The notes under the pieces were generated by a model, which was not told the origin of the DNA, ran no database searches, and was given only the letters and a program-made list of their open reading frames with translations. From Zymomonas mobilis subsp. mobilis ATCC 10988 (GTDB lineage Bacteria; Pseudomonadota; Alphaproteobacteria; Sphingomonadales; Sphingomonadaceae), in assembly GCF_000175255.2 (NCBI RefSeq), contig NC_017262.1:480001-512000 (forward strand): DNA of 32,000 bases. The letters run 5' to 3'. Positions 27,663 through 32,000 of this stretch are shown here, piece after piece. The position numbers and the translations under genes are program-made. Each line of letters starts with the position of its first letter. Position 1 is the stretch's first letter.

Positions 27663-28691
27663 ATGCGGGTTGATCTTTTCGACTTTGAGCTACCAACTGA
27701 ATCTATTGCGTTAAGACCCGCTGTTCCACGGGAATCCGCTCGTTTGTTGCAGGTTACATCCCAAGGGATGGATGACTACCATGTCGCGGATTTACCGAAT
27801 CTTTTACAAGAAGGCGATCTGTTAATCTTCAACGATACCCGTGTTATTCCGGCCTATCTTGAAGGCAAAAAAAATCAGGCACGTATCAGCGCCAATATGA
27901 TTAAACGCGAAGGCCTTCGCCAATGGCAGGCTTTCGTCCGTAATGCCAAAAGGCTGAAAAGCGATGATATCGTCGATTTCGGCCAAGATGTCTCTGCTCG
28001 GGTTGTTCATCGCAATGATGATGGCTCGGTTCTTTTTGAATTTCTTGGTAACGAGCCAGTTGAAATACTTTTGGAACGGGCAGGCAATATGCCCCTTCCC
28101 CCTTATATCGCCCATAAACGACCGGCGGACCAACAAGACAGGCAAGATTACCAAACTATCTTCGCAGAAAAAGAAGGCGCTGTCGCGGCGCCCACCGCTT
28201 CTCTTCATTTTACAGAAGAGCTCTTACAGCGATTAGAAGAAAAAGGCGTCAAACATACAAAAGTAACACTCCATGTCGGCGCTGGTACCTTTTTACCTAT
28301 GAAGGTAGAGGACAGCGATGACCATGTTATGCACAGCGAATGGGGACAAATCTCGGCTGAAACAGCGAACGCCATCAACGAAACCAAAAAACAAGGCGGT
28401 CGTGTTATCGCCACAGGTACAACCAGCCTTCGCCTGATCGAAAGTGCTGCCGATGAAATGGGTCTGGTTCATCCTTTTTCCGATGAAACCGATATTTTCA
28501 TCACTCCAGGCTACCGTTTTCAGGTCATTGACGGTCTAATGACGAATTTTCACTTGCCGAAATCGACCTTATTTATGCTGGTCTCGGCTTTAATGGGGCG
28601 GGAAAAGATGCTGGCTGCCTATCAACATGCGATTGATACTGGCTACCGTTTCTATTCCTACGGAGATTCCAGCCTTCTTTTACCGAAATAA
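27663..28691 (+). CDS. queA: S-adenosylmethionine:tRNA ribosyltransferase-isomerase
   Basis: VDLFDFELPTESIALRPAVPRESARLL, LLIFNDTRVIPA, LHVGAGTFLPMK, GLMTNFHLPKSTLFMLVSALMG. Confidence 0.97.
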   Translation: MRVDLFDFELPTESIALRPAVPRESARLLQVTSQGMDDYHVADLPNLLQEGDLLIFNDTRVIPAYLEGKKNQARISANMIKREGLRQWQAFVRNAKRLKSDDIVDFGQDVSARVVHRNDDGSVLFEFLGNEPVEILLERAGNMPLPPYIAHKRPADQQDRQDYQTIFAEKEGAVAAPTASLHFTEELLQRLEEKGVKHTKVTLHVGAGTFLPMKVEDSDDHVMHSEWGQISAETANAINETKKQGGRVIATGTTSLRLIESAADEMGLVHPFSDETDIFITPGYRFQVIDGLMTNFHLPKSTLFMLVSALMGREKMLAAYQHAIDTGYRFYSYGDSSLLLPK

Positions 28692-28756
28692 TAACAGTGA
28701 TAGAAATATTGGATAACCCGCTTTTCTTGACAGACTGATAGCGTTAGACCAGCATT

Positions 28757-29335
28757 ATGACTCAAGATCCTCATAAAATGTTCGACGAATGGATGGATGA
28801 GGCTAAAAAAGCCGAAACCGATGATCCAACGGCGATGGCACTCGCAACAGCCAGCAAGCAGGCTTTCCCCTGTGTGCGAATGATGCTGTTAAAAGGACAT
28901 ACCAAAGACGGTTTTGTCTTTTTCACGAATTTGGGCAGCCGGAAAGGCCACGAGCTTTTAGAAAATCCGGTAGCAACCCTGCTCTTCCATTGGAAGAAAT
29001 TGCGCCGTCAGGTTCGCATTGAAGGGGCTGCCACGCTGATTTCTGATGAAGAAGCCGATGCCTATTTTGCAACGCGCGCACGCAAATCACAGCTTGGTGC
29101 ATGGGCATCCGAACAATCTCGCCCATTACCGGCACGTGATGTTTTCGAAAAACGGATTGCCGATATCGAAGCCCGCTATGAAGGCAAAGATGTGCCGCGT
29201 CCTCCTTACTGGACGGGGTTTCGAGTAAGCCCCATCCGTATGGAATTCTGGAATGATCGCGAGTTCAGATTACATGAACGCGAATTATTTACCCTGAATG
29301 ATGGCCGCTGGCAGAGCGAATTTTTATACCCCTAA
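28757..29335 (+). CDS. pdxH: Pyridoxamine 5'-phosphate oxidase
   Basis: MALATASKQAFPCVRMMLLKGHTKDGFVFFTNLGSRKG, LLFHWKKLRRQVRIEG, YWTGFRVSPIRMEFW, RLHER. Confidence 0.96.
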   Translation: MTQDPHKMFDEWMDEAKKAETDDPTAMALATASKQAFPCVRMMLLKGHTKDGFVFFTNLGSRKGHELLENPVATLLFHWKKLRRQVRIEGAATLISDEEADAYFATRARKSQLGAWASEQSRPLPARDVFEKRIADIEARYEGKDVPRPPYWTGFRVSPIRMEFWNDREFRLHERELFTLNDGRWQSEFLYP

Positions 29336-29374
29336 CCGGATATCCGGCAGGTTTCTTGAAAAAGGCCTGCCGGA

Positions 29375-30493
29375 TCAAGAACGGCTTATCTTATATTTAT
29401 TCATCTTTTCGATAAGCGTTGTCCGGTGCAATCCTAAAAGACGGGCAGCATCAGAAACGATATTATTGGCAGAATTTAAAGCCGCCGTAATATAACGGCA
29501 CTCCAATTCCGTTACCAATTCCTTCAATTTCACAGCATCGCCGGGTATAGGAAAATCTGCAAATAACGCCAGATTTTCGCTTTCATTATCGGGATCATCC
29601 TCCAAAATATCATCAGCTAAAGACAAATCACGATCTGATGATATTTCCGATGACGGGCTGCTTAAATTCCACAAAGCATCGCGCTCGGCCGGTTGGCTCG
29701 AAACCGCCAGATTTAATAATTTTTGGGTCTGCTCCACCCCAACTTTTTGATCGGGATATAATATAGAGGTGCGCTCGATCAGATTACGCAATTCACGAAT
29801 ATTCCCCGGCCAGCTATATTGGGACAGATAATGCAAGGAATCCGAAGAAAAGCAAAATTTCCGACTTTCCGGCAAACGGTCACAAAAATATTCTGCCAAT
29901 AACGGAACATCATCAGAACGATCGGCCAATGAAGGCAAGTGAATAGGAAAGACGGCCAAACGGTAGAATAAATCTTCCCGAAAGGCTTTATGCTCAATCG
30001 CATTATGGATGTCGCGATGGGTCGCCGATATAATACGGGTATCAACATGGATAGGCTGCCGCCCACCCACGCGGGTAATAATATTATCCTCTAAAACCCG
30101 AAGCAGTTTAACCTGCATATCGAAAGGCATGTCGCCAATTTCGTCAAGAAAAAGCGTACCGCCATCAGCCTCTTCAAATCGTCCACAAGTCTGGCCAACA
30201 GCACCCGTAAAAGCGCCTTTTTCATGGCCAAACAACTCTGATTCCAACAAGTCGCGCGGAATTGCGCCACAATTAACAGGAATGAATCTTCCTTGTGAAC
30301 GCGGGCTTGATGCGTGAATAGAAGATGCAACCATCTCTTTACCGCTCCCAGATGGGCCGGTAATCAATACTGATGCAGAGGTAGGGGCAACCTGCTGAAT
30401 CAGATACCGTATTTCACGCATAGCGGGGCTTTCGCCGATAAGCGCTGTATTTTCTACGACAGAAGCACTCCTGAACGAAGAAATTGAAGCCAT
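29375..30493 (-). CDS. Sigma54-dependent transcriptional activator (AAA+ and Fis-type HTH; no receiver domain), possibly flagellar-type
   Basis: ITGPSGSGKEMVASSIH Walker A, GHEKGAFTGAVG sigma54 loop, GGTLFLDEIGDM Walker B, C-terminal AARLLGLHRTTLIEKMNKYKI. Confidence 0.92.
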   Translation of the reverse strand: MASISSFRSASVVENTALIGESPAMREIRYLIQQVAPTSASVLITGPSGSGKEMVASSIHASSPRSQGRFIPVNCGAIPRDLLESELFGHEKGAFTGAVGQTCGRFEEADGGTLFLDEIGDMPFDMQVKLLRVLEDNIITRVGGRQPIHVDTRIISATHRDIHNAIEHKAFREDLFYRLAVFPIHLPSLADRSDDVPLLAEYFCDRLPESRKFCFSSDSLHYLSQYSWPGNIRELRNLIERTSILYPDQKVGVEQTQKLLNLAVSSQPAERDALWNLSSPSSEISSDRDLSLADDILEDDPDNESENLALFADFPIPGDAVKLKELVTELECRYITAALNSANNIVSDAARLLGLHRTTLIEKMNKYKISRS

Positions 30494-31275
30494 AATACGT
30501 TAAAAATTAATACTTTTAAAAAATATAATATAGTTGTTCATTTCTCAAAGCCATACCCTAGTTTTATTAGCCTTTATTGTTTTTATCATTTATTTTTTAC
30601 AAAAAAGGCCAAATATTATTTACAGCGCCCCACTGTAAAAAACATACATTGAAGACAATATCTATACTTAATTGTTTTGTTTTTAAATAAATACTTTAAT
30701 CAGAAATATGGAAATATTGAATAAACAATTTCCAAAACATTTTACATTCGATATAATTATATTTTACTTTCATAAAGAATGTAAAACGCCATATTTAGAA
30801 TGTTACTCATACCTCCCTTTTAAAAAGAACTGACCAGATCATCAGTTCCATAGGGCAATATGCAACTCGGCAAATAAATTTTGCTCTTTGACTTAATATT
30901 ACAACCATTATGGATTATAGCAGGATGTAACGTACTGACAAGTATAGAAAAATTATATATATCTTTAATAGTTTAAAATAAAATTAAAAATTATATTTTA
31001 AAATCAATTTGCATTTTTTAAACATAAAGGAATGATTTTTTATAAAAAGAAATTTAAGTCCAAAGATCATCTCATTTCGACAATATAATAAAAATCAATT
31101 ATGATTTGATTTTGTTTTTAAGGAATATAAGACGGTATAAATGTTATCAATTTCTTTTTGAATAGATGATGCTTTTAAATATCTTGTTCATCTAACAAGT
31201 TAAATATCTGTTTATTATGTCGATATAGTTGTCCTAAATCCAAATTATTAAATTCTGGCTGGAAATGGAAAAATA

Positions 31276-31398
31276 ATGGCAAATAAAGATAAATCTGCCG
31301 CCTCTTTTTCCTTGAAATCAATACAAGCATCTCATCTTACTGTGCTTCTGATTACGCTTTTGGCTTTGTGTCTAGGTTTTGTTGACAAAGGAAGGTAA
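31276..31398 (+). pseudogene. Truncated small ORF with an N-terminal hydrophobic segment, interrupted by the IS end
   Basis: ATG at 31276 preceded by ggaaatggaaaaata; reads MANKDKSAASFSLKSIQASHLTVLLITLLALCLG then runs into IS sequence (FVDKGR*). Not in the supplied ORF track; translated by hand. Confidence 0.5.
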
Positions 31399-31827
31399 CC
31401 ACAATTTTACGGCCGCGAGATGAAGGAAGGCGAGAAAAGATTTTCTGGTTTTGTCATAGCGTGTGGCAATGCGCCTGAACTGCTTTAGCTTATTAAACAT
31501 CCGCTCAATACGATTACGATCTTTGTAGTGCTGGAGATTATAAGGAATAGGCTTTTTTCGATTGGAACGAGGCGGGATAACAGGAAGAATGCCTCGAAAA
31601 AGCAGTTTTTCGCGTAACCTATCGCTATCATATCCTTTATCAGCGAGAAAACAGTGGGGTGTTGTGACAGGGATATCTATCAAGCTATCAGCGCCAGAAT
31701 AATCAGAGACCTCACCACCGGTTAGTGCGAAAGCTAGAGGGCGGCCTTGACCATCGGAACGGGCGTGGATCTTGCTCGTAAAGCCTCCGCGACTGCGACC
31801 AAAGCCTTCCTTATACGTCCCCCTTTT
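31372..31827 (-). CDS. IS5-family (IS427-like group) transposase, C-terminal part (orfB frame, via frameshift)
   Basis: Frame reads KEGFGRSRGGFTSKIHARSDGQGRPLAFALTGGEVSDYSGADSLIDIPVTTPHCFLADKGYDSDRLR...PRSNRKKPIPYN...DRNRIERMFNKLKQFRRIATRYDK (DDE elements). Confidence 0.9.
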   Translation of the reverse strand, partial: KRGTYKEGFGRSRGGFTSKIHARSDGQGRPLAFALTGGEVSDYSGADSLIDIPVTTPHCFLADKGYDSDRLREKLLFRGILPVIPPRSNRKKPIPYNLQHYKDRNRIERMFNKLKQFRRIATRYDKTRKSFLAFLHLAAVKLWLPSFVNKT

Positions 31828-32000
31828 GCGCCAGCCGCTTGGCTGTGGGCGCGAATAATCGTACTATCTATCATATGTTGCCAGTCATCTGTCAGGCCAA
31901 GGTCAACGAGAGTTTCAAGAAGAGCGTCCCACACACCCTGTTCTGCCCACCTACGAAACCGAACATAGATCGAATTCCATTTCCCATAACGTTCATGCAT
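31375..32000 (-). mobile_element. Partial IS5-family insertion sequence; one end at about 31372-31376, the other beyond the window
   Basis: Two-frame transposase plus a terminal sequence GTTTTGTTGACAAAG next to CTAG, a target type compatible with the IS5 family. Confidence 0.85.
31734..32000 (-). CDS. IS5-family transposase N-terminal part (orfA), 5' end beyond the window
   Basis: ERYGKWNSIYVRFRRWAEQGVWDALLETL...MIDSTIIRAHSQAAGAKGG, typical of IS5-family orfA. Confidence 0.92.
   Translation of the reverse strand: MHERYGKWNSIYVRFRRWAEQGVWDALLETLVDLGLTDDWQHMIDSTIIRAHSQAAGAKGGRIRKALVAVAEALRARSTPVPMVKAAL

Noticed and set aside
28727-28756. TTGACA considered as the -35 element of a pdxH promoter
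   Set aside because: No acceptable -10 element at 16-18 bp; the expected position falls on the pdxH start codon.
30865-30885. GGCAAATAAATTTTGC considered as a sigma54 promoter
   Set aside because: GG to GC spacing is two bases too long for the -24/-12 consensus.

Overview
The window is an ordinary-looking alphaproteobacterial chromosome segment. Gene content and protein sequences strongly resemble Zymomonas (inference from recall, no search run). Contents: (i) the 3' end of a methyl-accepting chemotaxis protein, a CheA-like protein, a CheB-like protein and a small unknown ORF; (ii) an MlaC/HpnM-like periplasmic protein; (iii) ispH-hpnH facing a translationally coupled hopanoid run, hpnA-B-C-D-E-F(shc) plus hpnG; (iv) a CDF metal transporter, dnaB, cdd, dcd, ybaB, dnaX, a nifS-like/ferredoxin pair, a DUF1013 (TrcR-like) gene, xseB, ispA, coaD, a cyclophilin, queA and pdxH; (v) a receiver-less sigma54 activator, a long AT-rich gap and one end of an IS5-family element that truncates a small exported or membrane ORF. 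No CRISPR array, tRNA, rRNA, defence island or prophage was seen, and I found no convincing wholly new multi-gene system. The best second-look observations are: (1) both adjacent chemotaxis-like proteins have lost a key catalytic or phosphoacceptor histidine (CheA P1 His to Met, CheB His to Pro); (2) dnaX carries an A9 homopolymer, plus a later A8 run, placed where slippage would give a gamma-like product of about 425 aa; (3) a structured 5' leader of about 130 nt precedes the DUF1013 gene; (4) a dense dyad cluster lies upstream of hpnA; (5) terminator-like hairpins separate shc from hpnG; (6) an A_AAA_GGG frameshift signal in the IS transposase, whose stop codon appears to come from the CTAG target site.
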